A stretch of 64,000 bases of DNA from contig SMSO01000004.1 in NCBI GenBank assembly GCA_004764695.1, forward strand, positions 1,488,001 to 1,552,000, in the 5' to 3' direction. Positions 10,982 to 23,282 of this stretch are shown here, piece after piece; position 1 is the first letter of the stretch, and every line of letters starts with the position of its first letter. The notes under the pieces are model-generated. The model was not told where the DNA came from. It saw nothing but the letters and a program-made list of their open reading frames with translations, and made no database searches. The stretch is from Schizochytrium sp. TIO01 (taxonomy: Eukaryota > Protista > Bigyra: Labyrinthulomycetes). The position numbers were made by a program, and so were the translations under genes.

Positions 10982-11726
10982 CTTTCCTGGTAATTCTCCC
11001 AGAGTGTTGACTTGTCAGTCTTTGGCCTTTGCTGTTCCTTCAAAGACCGGTTGGCCTCTCCAGAGACAGCGCCCACAAAACTATGAGATCAACAAAGCTA
11101 AGCAAAGTTCCTCTGCCGTACCAAGGAAGACAACTGAGGTCCCGGGCAAAAAGCCACATATTCAAGTCAGAAACTAGAACGACTAATGTGAAGTAGTGTC
11201 TTGTAGAGTGTTATAGCAAAAGCGAGAGCGCGTATGTGTTATTCGGAGCATGTGTATCGGTAATAGTGCTTTGGGTCATATCAACCCCTTGGTTACCGGA
11301 TATTTTGTTTTAAAATTAAAAAATATAACATATAAGTGAACCTCGTAAGCAAGAAACGCATAGTCATAAGGTTTACTATTGAAGTTCGAAGTCGCACACC
11401 CTTTCCCATGGATGAGAGCTAATTTGCAGTGTGTTTAAGAAGCTAGAATATCTAAAAAGCGGCTCTGTGGCGGTAGTGAGCTTAGGGATTGTATTGGTTA
11501 ATAGTATTTGTACAAATTGCTATTTCTGGATTTGGCAAACAGTAAACGTTTGACTGGAGAGGGAGGGGTCACTAATAGATCACCAAAAACGAAATTCTTG
11601 AAAGATTGCTTGGTGTTCGAGCAAGACCTAGTAGAGCTGGCCGAGGCTGTCTTAGTTTCAGGCATTTACAGTTCTGCATCATATCTGTGAGGAGTAACAG
11701 CGACAGTGTGCAACGAAGTAAGGAAA

Positions 11727-12800
11727 ATGCTTCACGTTAGGCTTCTTGTGGATCTTGATACAGGCCGTCGTAAGGGAGACGTTGTCGACGTTGCAGAAGG
11801 GTACGGGCGAACTTACCTCATCGCGCATGGTTTTGCAGAGCTTGCAGAGGAGGAAGGCAAAGAAGATGAGTGGGCCCCACGTAAGCTTACCAAGGAAGAT
11901 GCCCTCAACCGTAACATCGTGCTGCAGGAGTTTCGTCGTCAAATGTACCACGGGGGAACACGCACATGGACAATTCGTGGATTGAATCGTGTCTTTGATG
12001 TAATTACAAAGTCCTCTCAAGATTCAAGCGGGAATGCCTCTCTCGAGTCGTGGCAGTTTCGTGAGGCAATCAACAAGTTTGGTGTTTTCTTAAGTGACTC
12101 AGCTCTTGACACGTTGATGCGAGCCTTTGATGTAAATGACGATGGTTTGTTGAGCCACCAGGAGTTTTTGAGTGGCCTACGAGGGCCTATGAATCCACGT
12201 CGCTTTCATATTTGCGAACGTGCATGGGACGCAATTTTGTCTCGGCACGGGGGTAACGCTGCGGTAGATATGCAGGTAGCATTGGGTACTGTGGAGTCTC
12301 ATCCTCTTGTTCGAAGTGGACAAGCCACCGAGGATCAAGTAAATGACTTACAAGAAGAGAGTTTGGCTTATTGGACCGCTGGACATTGTCAAGTAAACAA
12401 AGATGCCTTCATGGCTCATTTTACGGATATTAGTGCGACAGTCGACAGCGACGAAGTCTTCGTTCAAATGGTGGAACGGCAGTTTGGCATTCGAGAAGAA
12501 GAGGAGTCTGATTCTGCCAGAGCCCTCGTAGAAAACTTTAAACATGCGTTATTCACCAAGGTTCACGAAAAAGCTCAAGAGGGTGTAACCGAGTCTCGTA
12601 CTCTTCTTGATGCGTTCCGCCTTGTTAACAGCGATTCGATGGGTCAAATAACATTAGCGGAGTTTTCTGCAGCGATGGATATGTTTGGGCTTGCACACGA
12701 TGACGAAACTCTTGAAGCCGTATTTCAACACTTTGACGAGTCCAGGGACAATCAAATCTCGTACCGTGAATTTGTCGATGCTATGACTAGGGATCCGTAG
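11727..12800 (+). CDS. Calcyphosin-like EF-hand protein with an N-terminal ribosomal bL9-N-like domain
   Basis: First ATG at 11727. Calcyphosin signatures (IRGLNRVF, FDVNDDGLLSHQEFLSGLRGPMNPRR, HPLVRSGQATEDQV, FMAHFTDISATVDSDEVFVQMV) plus a C-terminal EF pair (NSDSMGQITLAEF, FDESRDNQISYREF). Confidence 0.85.
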   Translation: MLHVRLLVDLDTGRRKGDVVDVAEGYGRTYLIAHGFAELAEEEGKEDEWAPRKLTKEDALNRNIVLQEFRRQMYHGGTRTWTIRGLNRVFDVITKSSQDSSGNASLESWQFREAINKFGVFLSDSALDTLMRAFDVNDDGLLSHQEFLSGLRGPMNPRRFHICERAWDAILSRHGGNAAVDMQVALGTVESHPLVRSGQATEDQVNDLQEESLAYWTAGHCQVNKDAFMAHFTDISATVDSDEVFVQMVERQFGIREEEESDSARALVENFKHALFTKVHEKAQEGVTESRTLLDAFRLVNSDSMGQITLAEFSAAMDMFGLAHDDETLEAVFQHFDESRDNQISYREFVDAMTRDP

Positions 12801-13929
12801 CCTTTGTTTGCATGAGTCACCCAAATAATGCCTATTGAAAGACACAGTTTTGGACTTTGAGTAATAAATAAAATGCTACGTTACAGTTGCTCTTGACATT
12901 TCTCTTTTGCTTTTTAAGTCGCCTTCGTGCCATCTCTTCTTTTAGTTTGACTTAGGGTTTGTGTTATTTCTTTAAAAAATAAATATATATATACGATGTA
13001 TCTGATTCTACATACATGTTATCAAAAAGCTTGGTGTTATTTTGTTTGTTTATTTCATCTGAAGTTTTCTTGCTTTTGCATCCATATCATCTTTAGTACG
13101 TACCCCTCCTGTGTATGAGAAAGAGGAAACTTAAATAGCCGGGATTGCACAGTAATCTAGACCATCACTTTGAAAGGCTTGAAATCACACAAAATGAAAT
13201 AATATAAAATCATAAATATTTGCCCATATTGTAATGCCAGGCGCAGACGAAACTATTTGCTTGCTTTGATTCAGAGGCCAAGAAATGGTCATGATCTTTG
13301 AACTTCAACACATGCGCACTAAAAATCAGACGAAGGTACCTGGATGCACGTGACAGATCTCCGCCTGTTTTGGCTTGTTTTGTATTGTTTTCCTTGGATC
13401 TTGAAACAGCAGAAGGGTACTTCCCTAATTTCCAAAGTTAAGCAAATACTAAAGAATACTTACTTACTTTTGCCTGCTATAGCACGACACCTGTGAGGCG
13501 CAATCTATTTGTGTGTAAGGTAAGCTCGAATCGAGAGCACAAGGAAGGTACATCAGCTACTGGCTTATTATTGAATGGTAGTAGTACCTACCCTTTTCAC
13601 AGGTTGAGGTTTACGGCCCTCCTGTCACAAGCGGTCAATGAGGTAGATCTGTATGATGAAAACGCAAAGGTAAACAACAAAAATAAATTATTCTGTGGTG
13701 AGCTGAGTGAATGGAGTTCACTCTTGACCTGAGATAAGATTCCTAAAACTTGAAAGAATTTGTCTGGAAGGACAAGAAGAGAGGATGGCGTGTAGCAAAT
13801 ACAAAAGGAGAAAAAAGAAAAAGAAAGAAACAGCGTTTGAAAGTGCGTCGTATTTACTCTACAGAAAGAAAGGGTGTTTTTGTGTGTGGATGGGCTCAAG
13901 GCATTTATTGTACGTATGTTTGTCAATGT

Positions 13930-15402
13930 TTACTTGGAGTCCTCATCCTTGACATGAATGGATGATGATGTGGTGGAAGACGAGGATGAAACGCGGCTTG
14001 CGGCAGACTTCGAGTTATCCGCACGAGGCGTTGTGGCAGAGTTTGCATCATCGCTGAGGCCCATGGTGCTAGCGGAATCAGCAAATTCTTCATCTGTACC
14101 AGGGTAGGCAGTTGGGTCATCATCCGCAGCCTTGTTCCACATGTTGTTAAGCATGAATGTGCAAGCTTGATTGCGCTCAATCCAGAGCAAGAACTTTGCT
14201 TGCTGGCTGGGTGTAATGGACTCCATAACCTGATCCATCTGATTTGCATTGGACTCGAAGTTTGACTTCACACGATTGTCGAGCTCAGTGAGGATGCGAA
14301 GGCACTCAGCAATGTTGCGACGCTGCTGGCGAATTCCACCACGCATAGACATGAGAGTCCTCTTTTGATCGTCTGAGAGTTCGAGTTCGGAGCAGAGCAT
14401 GTTCCAAATGCCGCCACCGAAAGTCTTTTGGTTCTTCTTTTCGTCATAGAACTCATCGTTTTGCTGGAGGGACCACATTGTCATTTTGCTGACAGTTGTC
14501 GGGATGAGAAGACTCTTGAGTTTGCTCAGGTGGTAGGTAATTGCTGCATTGCGCTCACGTCCAAAGTCTGAGTAGAGTTCCTTATACTGCTTGAGCATAG
14601 ACTTAAGTTCGTCAACGCTGCCAGAGCGATCCACGTGTTTGCGCATACGTGTCATTTCCTGTTTACGAGCAGCTTCCTTAGCACTGCCATCCTTGCCCTG
14701 GTTCAACTGTGTTTCCAGCTGCTTGTTCCACTGCCGTAGCCTTTCCACTTCCTCTTCTAATTTTTGATACTTTTCGCGCTTACGGCGTCTGCAGTTCCGT
14801 GCAATTTCGCGGTTCTTCTCAAGTCGCCTTTGGCGCTTCTGGGAAGGGTCCGCTGGCTTGCCACTGTTGGTTGCAGATACCGTGGAGGATGAAACTGATG
14901 GCACGCTTGAGGCACGATCAAGCTTGCGTTTCACGCCACTTGAAGATGCACTGGTTGTCGAGGAAGGCATGCCTGCGGGACCGCTGTTCGGGCCCATCTG
15001 GGTCTGAATAGGTAACGGAGTCACCATCTGCCCCGTAAGCATCGGTTGCGGATGTGCTGTGAAGTCGTGTGTCATATTTGCTGTTGCTGTGTTGCTGCTA
15101 TTAACCTGCGGAGCAGTGCGGCGTGTCCTGCGTGAGGATCTTGGGGTCGGTGCCGGGGGCGCCGGCGCTGATACAGGTAGTGCGTCAACGCCAAGGGGCG
15201 CCATTGAGTTCATGCTGCTGATTCCGGGCGGATTTCCAGGCAGGAGGGAATCCATGAAGTGGTCGCTGGCATCACCAAGGCCCATGCCTGAGGATCCAAG
15301 AAGATCTCCACTCATGAGCATCCATGAGGCAAGATCACTATCTGCGCCGCTCATTCCGGCAGACTCGCCAGCAATGAAGTTAAGGGCGCTTTCGTTATCC
15401 AT
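13930..15402 (-). CDS. bZIP transcription factor (CREB/ATF-like basic region) with a C-terminal helical, DOG1/TGA-like domain
   Basis: First ATG at 15402 (the track ORF starts at TTG 15408). Basic region KRQRRLEKNREIARNCRRRKR followed by heptad zipper (L-EEEVER-L-RQWNKQ-L-ETQL); C-terminal LELSDDQK..ITPSQQAKFLLWI motif; M/S/P-rich N-terminal region. Confidence 0.92.
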   Translation of the reverse strand: MDNESALNFIAGESAGMSGADSDLASWMLMSGDLLGSSGMGLGDASDHFMDSLLPGNPPGISSMNSMAPLGVDALPVSAPAPPAPTPRSSRRTRRTAPQVNSSNTATANMTHDFTAHPQPMLTGQMVTPLPIQTQMGPNSGPAGMPSSTTSASSSGVKRKLDRASSVPSVSSSTVSATNSGKPADPSQKRQRRLEKNREIARNCRRRKREKYQKLEEEVERLRQWNKQLETQLNQGKDGSAKEAARKQEMTRMRKHVDRSGSVDELKSMLKQYKELYSDFGRERNAAITYHLSKLKSLLIPTTVSKMTMWSLQQNDEFYDEKKNQKTFGGGIWNMLCSELELSDDQKRTLMSMRGGIRQQRRNIAECLRILTELDNRVKSNFESNANQMDQVMESITPSQQAKFLLWIERNQACTFMLNNMWNKAADDDPTAYPGTDEEFADSASTMGLSDDANSATTPRADNSKSAASRVSSSSSTTSSSIHVKDEDSK

Positions 15403-18400
15403 TTGCAAGACGAAGCGAGGACTCTATAAAAGACTTGGGTTGTCGGAGGTGCGAGAGCAAGATGCACCGGCGGGAGCTTTTGGTTGGCCTCCCAACGTGA
15501 TAGTAGTACTGCTACTCTGCACCCACAAGAATGTGTGGATCCAAGTAAGTCTGTTTGTCTGCCTGCCCGCCTGCGTACGGCGTTGCCTTCCTTCGTTCCT
15601 GCTTTAAGGTTTTGCCGCAGCTCAAACTCGCCTATAGGCTTGTTCGATTGAGGTTTGAATTGTTCAAGGTCTGCTCGTGGTCTTCTCTCCTTCTTCAAAG
15701 TGTTTTAAACTTTCTTTTTCCTTTTCAAAATAATGATAAAAGAAAAAGAGAGAGGGGGCCCCAATCAAAAAGTCCTCGGGCTACCTACCGCCTTTTCTGT
15801 TTTAGTTTTTGTTTTCTTTTCTGCTCAATTCCGTGTCGAAGAACGATTAAGAGAATCCGCGTTCATCCCGGAAACGAAAATTTTTAATAAAAGAGTAAAG
15901 AGAATCCATGAATTCATTCGTTCAACCAAAGTTCTTATTGTCAGTCGGTCTGTTTGTTGCCTTCCTTTTAAAGCATCCCCAAACACAATCACCAAAAGCT
16001 CCCCCCTCCCTCCCTCTCCCTTCCCTCTCTTTTCTTTCTTCATTTTATTAAAAAAAATGAAAGAAAAGATAACAAACGAAAAGAATAATGTTTTTTTTCG
16101 TCTCCCATCCTCTTCTTCCTTTCTCTTTCTTTCTGCTTCCCCCTCATTTTGGTCTCGTTTTCATTTCAACTTCCTTTCAAAGTAAGTAAAAATGAAAGTA
16201 AAGTATTCTGGCGAACTCGAAAAGTTCTTCTTTCTTTCATCATTTTGATGCGCCATTCTGGTAAACAAATGCCACCCATTTGTTTCATTTTTTGAAAAGA
16301 AAACAGAGAATGAAAGAAAGAAGAAGAAACAAAGACAGACCACCACCACTATTCATTCATCCACTGCATAGTTTTGGAGAAGAATGATTGATACGCCGTC
16401 TCTTTCATGTAATACTTTCTTTTTCCTCTTATTCCTCTTTGGTACATCTGACATCATCATGATTCCTCTTTCCTCCTCTTCTCTACTCAAACCTTTGTGA
16501 AAGAAGTGAACGAAGAAAGACGTTTGTTCAAAAAAGATAGTCAAATGAACCAAAGAAGTTAACGAAGAAAGAGAGGAAGTAAGTTTAAAAAAAGAAGAAA
16601 AAAGAGAAGAAGGCTGCCTGCCAACAAGGCCACAGCAGGGCTGCTGCTTCTTCTCCACTTCTTAACTGGCTTACGCCTCCCCACAGAGCGTCTTGCCCAC
16701 CCACAGTCTAGCTTCGCCCCTTTCTTTTCATCATCTTCTCTTTTCCTTAGAGAACAAGTTCTGATTTATCCGCCAGTTCTCTCTCTCTCTCTCTTGATTC
16801 TGAGCGCATCGATCCCGTTTCTCTGATGTATGCGAACGACTTTTTAAAAAATGATTCATTCGAGCCCGATCTTCTCCATCCACTTTGGACAACAGACAGA
16901 GGTGACACACGCCATGGGTGTTTGCCGCTTAGTCAGGCAGAACGAGCAAAATATGGCGTACACGTACATATTCACGCGGCGCATGGACCAGAGATGCGAA
17001 AGAGAGAAACAAACAACAAAGAAACAAAGGATTCCCTGAGCGAGTCACTCACTCACTCAGTCCATCATTATTCTCTTGCTCCAATCAGCTCCTCCTTTCC
17101 TTCTTCGTCAGCAAACCAACTGTACGTCAGAAAGATTGAGTGGGTGAGTGAAAGAAGGAGTCAAAGAGCGCGAAAAAGAAAGAAGAAGAAGGAAAGAAAG
17201 AAAGAAAGAAAGAAAGAAAAAGAAAGGGAAACCACCCAGGAGTCACGTGGCCAAGAAAACCCGGGAGATGCCCGAGAGATACCATCCGCCTTTCGGACTC
17301 CTCTCCAGTTTACTATCTCGCGGGAAGAAACGAACGAAAGAGACTATAGTCCACCAAAAGAAACCGGCGCCATTCGTCTCCAGTTGGTCTCTCTCTGTGC
17401 AAACAGACAAGACCGCCTTTGCGTCAACCGCTCGATCGCTCATCATCATCATCAGCCGCCGCCTTCCTCCTTCCCCGTTCTCTGCTGCTGCTCTATGGCT
17501 GACTGAGTTCTTCTTCTTCTTCTATTATTCCTCCTTTCAAATCAAATCAAATCAAATCAAAAGAAAAGAGGGAGAAAGAAAAAGGATTGAAAACTCGCCG
17601 AAAGATGGCTCAATGAGCGGTCGGTCGTCTGTGCGTAAGCTTTAGGAGGCAGAGAAAGAGAAACAGAAAGAGACAAACAAACAGAGAAAAGAGAGAGAGA
17701 GAGAGAGACCTTCGAAGGGCTCTTTCTCTCGGTCTGCGCACGTTGCAATTCTCTTCTCTCACTTCTCTCTCTCTCTCTGGCCCATAGTACTAGCAATGAT
17801 TGATACTAACTAAATACATGGTGCCTCACTTCGCTTATTCTTTCTTCTTCGTTCACGGACTCGTTCGCGGTCGCACCTCTGTGAGCCACGGCGGGACCGG
17901 ATTCTTCGTCCCTCTGCGCGCGAAAGTAAGAAGCATTCAAAAGCGCGGGTCACAGGTACGTGTGAATGAATGAATAGATCTGGGAATATACAACGCATGC
18001 GTGCAAGCATTCATGCATGGCAAAGATTTGGGCGTTTGAGACAGGCGATAATTCATTCTTCACATTTTCGTCCTGTGAGATGGCGGTTGATTCACACGTG
18101 GCTAAGCGGCAAAAGCAGAAGAAGGAGGGACCTTTGTTTGGTTTTATTTGGTTTCGATTCTTTTGGCGGCGGTGGTGGCGAGTTTCCAACGTTTGAAAAT
18201 TCGAGCTTTTGTTAGGTTAACAAGAACGAACGAACGAACGAACGAACGAACCGACCGACAGACAACTCTATATATGTATATATAGAATTCGGTGAATGGG
18301 AGAGAGAAGCAGCCAGGCAGCAGATCGATCAAATAAACCGAAATCCATTTCCAGTCATTTGTATCTGCAATCATCCATTCGTAAGATTTTGCTGCGACCT

Positions 18401-19504
18401 AGTCTCCAGTTCTTCTTGTTCCTTTTCTTCTTGAACTAAAAAAGTTTTTCCCTTTCACACACAGGATATGGAACTCAATAAACAACCTCAACAAGCATTC
18501 TAAAATAAAGGACGACCTCTTTTCTCCTCCCCACCCCTCACGATCACTTTGCCTTGCCTTAAAAAAAGCAAGCCTCACCCCATATTTCCCGAAGAAGCAA
18601 CTTCGTCCTTGAACTTGCTTCGCACCCCCCGTCCAAAAAAGCCTTGCGTACTTACTTACCTTGTTGGTGAATGACTGAACAAATCAATGCCGCCCAAAGA
18701 AGCAAGCTTCAACTCGAGCAGTGCCGGGATGAATATATATATATATACCTTCGCCACTTGGGTTGTTCACACAACCAAACACGCGTGATTTACTTGCGAT
18801 GTGAGATACACAATGAGAATCTCGTGTAGTGCTCTGCTTCAGTTGACCTTCAACCAAAGGGCGTTTGGGAGACAATGCACACTGCCACGCGGCAGATCCG
18901 AAAATTTGCTGTGTTCTCTGCCTTCTTGCGAACTTGCAAGCAATTCAAAGCGCAGACTCTTCTTCGCCCTTCTCTCGAGCGACCAGCTGGCTAGCTCTTC
19001 TCTTCAAGCACCTGTCGGCAACCGAGGTACCAATCGACTCAAGTTGCAGCGGATAAATTTACTAAGATTTCACTCACGCGTATGTCCTCGATGAGCTGCG
19101 AGCCTCAAGATTGGAAATATAATAACGCTCAGTCGATTGAACAAATGCCCCAAACGAACTTGGCTGCAAAACGAAGAAAACAAGCAGAAAGAGTATCAAT
19201 CACTCACTCAATCACTCTTCTCTCTCAATCGAAACCTGAGTGTGCGAGCAGACGCAGAATCTCCTTCCCGTCCCACAAAACGCAGGCAGGCAGGCAAGCA
19301 ACTCCGCAAAGCCTTGCGTTCGCGATGGCACTTGTCAGTCACTCTGACAGTGCTTGAAGCGCTCCCAATCGAACCCACGAGCAGCGAGGATGGAATCTCG
19401 CAACTCAGCCCAGGTCGCTTTCGGCACCTTCGCACACCTGAGAGCAACTCTCGGGTCTTCCACGAAATATAAGGGGAAAAGCAAACAAACAAACAAACAA
19501 ACAA

Positions 19505-19819
19505 TGACGTCAGCGCCTCTTTCTTCTGCTTGTTCTTCTTCTTCTTTGTGGTCTCTTCTGGTCTCGCAGGAAGGCAAGTCTCACGTCAGCAAGAAAGAGG
19601 ACGATGAAAACACGGCACGCCAAGGCCTCCGGGCCCTGCTGCCACGGTCCAACCTTCGCGAGGGCGGGCGAGGGGAGCGCTCGCTGGTCGCGGCTTTCTC
19701 GTTGAGATCGCTGTCTGAAGAGCGAGCGAGCTCTTGCTGGCTAGCTCACTCAGTCAATTAATTAAGCTTCGCTTGTTTGTTGGCGGCAAATGCTTCAAAC
19801 CTCGATGCGGCGCTGACGT
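19505..19819. promoter_or_regulatory. Cluster of CRE/MARE-like bZIP sites
   Basis: TGACGTCAGC at 19505, ACGTCAGCA at 19583, GCTGACGT at 19812. Confidence 0.45.
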
Positions 19820-20716
19820 ACAACCTGTGAAAGGGCGGCGTACGCGGCTCCTGCGCAGCGATCGCAGCGGCGTGAAGGCTGTAGCACGGAGCGGGCGGCG
19901 GCGGCGGCGGCGGGCGAGCGAGCGAGCAAGCGGGCGAGCGCTGGCTGGCCAAAGTTTGAACTTTACGAGAAAAACCAGAAAGCTCTACCTACTTCTCTTC
20001 TTCTTCTTCTTCTTCTTCTGTTTGTTCTACAATATCAACTCAACTCAGTCTAATTATAGGGAAGAATCACCTCCCAATTGACTGTCCTCTCCTGCCAACT
20101 CCAGGGCGAGGCCGTTCTCTGTTCTGAGTTGCTCATTAGGCCCCTGGCTACCCTGTACCTTAGGAGTGAGTGCCCAGACTTCTTCCGCCGAAATGTTACT
20201 GTAGTGAAGAAGCAACGAAAAGGCCATGAAATGAAAAGTAGAAGATCAACAGAAAGCTGAGCGAGGAAGGCCAAGTATTCTCATAACAGGATTATGTGTG
20301 AAGGTGTATGTATGTATATGGATAGATACTGACTGATACTTACTGCGGAGCCGTGTGAGAGAACACCTGTCGGCAATGGATGTTTTCGGTAGGCCTACTT
20401 AGGCATCGCCTAGCGTCTACCTTCTTTGTTTATTTGTTTCTTCTTTCTTTGTTTCTTTTTTCCAGAGGAGAGGAATCGGGAAAGAAAACGAGAAGAAAGA
20501 AAAAGAAGAAGAAAGCCCAACAAACAAACAAACAAACAAACAAACAAGCTCGCTCTCGCTCCGCCTCGGCTGCGGCGGTGCGTGTGGCTCCAGGCTGGCC
20601 AAACCCTCAGCTCGAAAAGCACGGTGCTCGAGGCACTCGCTGGCTGTCATCTCTCAAGAAAACTACATCCTAGAAGCGCCGCCGCAGAGGTGGTGAGTGG
20701 CTGGCTGGCTGGGGCT

Positions 20717-22356
20717 TGCTGGCGTCAGCAATCAACTTTACGTCAGCACAGAAGGAAGAACAGGTGAGCTAGCCACCGTATAGCTTAAACACCAGCCATG
20801 TGCGCGGCGGGCCGTCGGCGGGGAGAAAAGAAAAGGGCTAGCTAGCACTTCGCCTACAGTTTACGGTAGAGCGACAGCTAGCTCACTACAGCCAGAGCTT
20901 TGCGCTTTAGAGTTTCTGCCACCGTGGACTTCGATCAAATTTCTTGGGCCAAGAGAAATCAGTGGAAGCGCCGCAGATGAGCAGAAGAAGCTGCCAAAGG
21001 TCGAAGGCTCTTCCCTCGCTCGTCGGCTTGGGAGGAGTTTGGAGCGGGAGCTTACAGAGCCGCGCCGGTACGTAATGAGCGAGTGAGTGCGCGAGCGAGC
21101 GGGTTTCTTTAACTTTTTAAAATCATAACAGCAAGCAACGAGGAGATGCGGAGAAGGTGCGAAATTGCAAATTTTAGAAAAGCTTTTGTGATGCGACTAC
21201 AAGAATAACGGAAGGCAACTATAAAGTTGTAGAAGGACAATGGGGAGGTTAAAAGGCAGGCAAACAACTGACTACTATTTTTTAATTTTAAAATAAAAAC
21301 AAATAGTGAGGAAAAGGAAAGGAAAGGCCAACAACAGCGGAGACTTTCAAGTTGGACACAGCCATCACTAAAAAATGATACGTGAGCTGCAATATTGCTC
21401 GATTTAGTGCGCCAAAACTGCCTCTAGCAGTGTGCCTCTCCTGGCGCTCAATCTGAATTGCACTGCTCGAGTGAGCGTTGCTCCGCTGCAGAATAAAAAA
21501 CTAGCGATTGAGCTCCACGGACATATTCATAGGCCCTCCATTACATCTTGTATGGCTGACGTCAGCAGTTGCTTCCGCGGCTCCGAGAGGGAGAGAGGGA
21601 GCCTTATATTGCCGACTCTCCGTGTTTCTTCTGTTCTGCAATTATCGCACAGATTTGATTGGCTGTTCTATTGTCGGTAAAACCTGATCTACCGACTAGA
21701 TGAGCAATCGCCTTAATCTATGAAGTTTCCATAAGAGGAGTGAGCCGAAATGCGGGGTGAAGGGGTTAGTATCATGTTATATCTAAAGCTGTTTATTTAT
21801 CACCTTAAAGTGAACTGCGGGAAAACTGCAGCTTTCTCCCAGGCTTAGTTCTTGTGACCGCCTCGGATATTAATAGTGCGCGCTCAGATCGACTGTGGGG
21901 TAGCTTTTTGCACTTTTCCCTGCTTTCTCTCACCGGTGTAGCGGTAGCTTTTCTCCTGATTTTTCCAGGGGTTCTCCTCTGTCCTCTTTTGCTGCTCACA
22001 CTCTTTCCATTCAAGCAAGTTTGAGGAGTGGATTGCTCTGAGTAGAAAAGAACTTGTAACTCCCCAGTTCTGATCGTACACGGCAGTCAGACTAGTGTTT
22101 TTGTCATTGCTGCTGTCGTTGTTTGTATCGATGGTACTTGACATTATACGGCATGAAGAAAGAGGGAAAGAGTAGCTTGAGCAGCTTTGATTAGTTAAAT
22201 TAATTCCTTCACTATTTTGGCTGTTATTTATTAATAGAAATTAGTTTTAATTAATTAGTAATAAAAATGTAGCAAATGATGGAAAAGAAAAAGAAAAGAG
22301 AAAAATCATCAATTTTGTCTGAGTTGGAGGTTCACGTGTAACCGCTCACGTCAGCA
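20717..22356. promoter_or_regulatory. Near-palindromic TGCTGACGTCAGCA-type sites
   Basis: TGCTGGCGTCAGCA 20717-20730, ACGTCAGCA 20740, GGCTGACGTCAGCA 21554-21567, CGCTCACGTCAGCA 22343-22356. Confidence 0.5.
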
Positions 22357-23242
22357 ACGCTGGACACCTGACAGTTGTTATAAACTTCAAGGCAGAAAGT
22401 TGTCACTTCCTTAAATCTTCCTCTTCCTCTCGCCTTTCGAACAAACCTTCAATACTGTGCTCTCTATGTTATTATTATTTTGAAGAACAGAAGAATTATA
22501 GAATGCTGCCTCTAGCTAGAGGCAGATAAGAATTGATAGATAGATAGATAGATAGATAGATGCATACCTATGCTCTCTACCGTTTGAGAGGCGGAGTTAA
22601 TCAGCACTGTAGGTCCCCTACCAATTGTAGTTTCGCAGCTTAGGATTGGGGTCAATCGATGGTTATTCGTTTGTCTGATTGATTATTTGATTGATCGCTG
22701 GATCGATTGTTTGGTACTTCTTCGGGCCCTTCAAGTCCAGTTGCTCGTTGGCTTTTCTGACGTTTGATGCTCCCAAGCAACTCTCTCAAGCAACGAAACC
22801 AAAGATTTGCTTTGATTTTCGTGAAGAAAACAACCAAGGATTATTAATACCAGCCTTTGCATAAATGATACATATCATGAGGGCTCGAGGTTGAAGATCG
22901 ACCCGAAGATGAGACTAGGCACCACCCCCTCAAGCGACCAGGCACGGAGTGGCCAAAGAAAAGACCACTCCTCAAGTAGAGTCTTCGAAATGCTTTGCGA
23001 ATCGTGGAGTATATTGAGGGAGCGAGCGAGTGCCGTTGTTGGGTGCTGCAGGCGGCAGTCTGGAAGGAAGGCTCGCCGGGCACTGGATTGTACGCGGTAG
23101 TGGGTGAAGTAGGCGGAGTTCAATTGTCACTTTTTGCCTTTCTTTCTCAATTCCATAGTGAGTTTAATTTACAAAATGAACAACTAACTTCTACTTATAA
23201 GTTTTATTTCAAACAAAAAGAATGATCGTTGGGCTAATGAGG

Positions 23243-23282
<40 letters not shown>

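Noticed and set aside
11286-11300. X-box-like half site (GTTACC) near putative ciliary genes; also ATGGTAAC near 58064
   Set aside because: Half sites only, and RFX regulation is not expected in this inferred lineage.
15059-15607. 182-aa plus-strand ORF with a signal-peptide-like start
   Set aside because: GTG start, antisense to the bZIP CDS; hydrophobicity comes from the reverse complement of Ser/Thr/Asn codons.
16826-17645. 226-aa and 165-aa ORFs
   Set aside because: Low complexity from (GAAA)n and other repeats; no domain.
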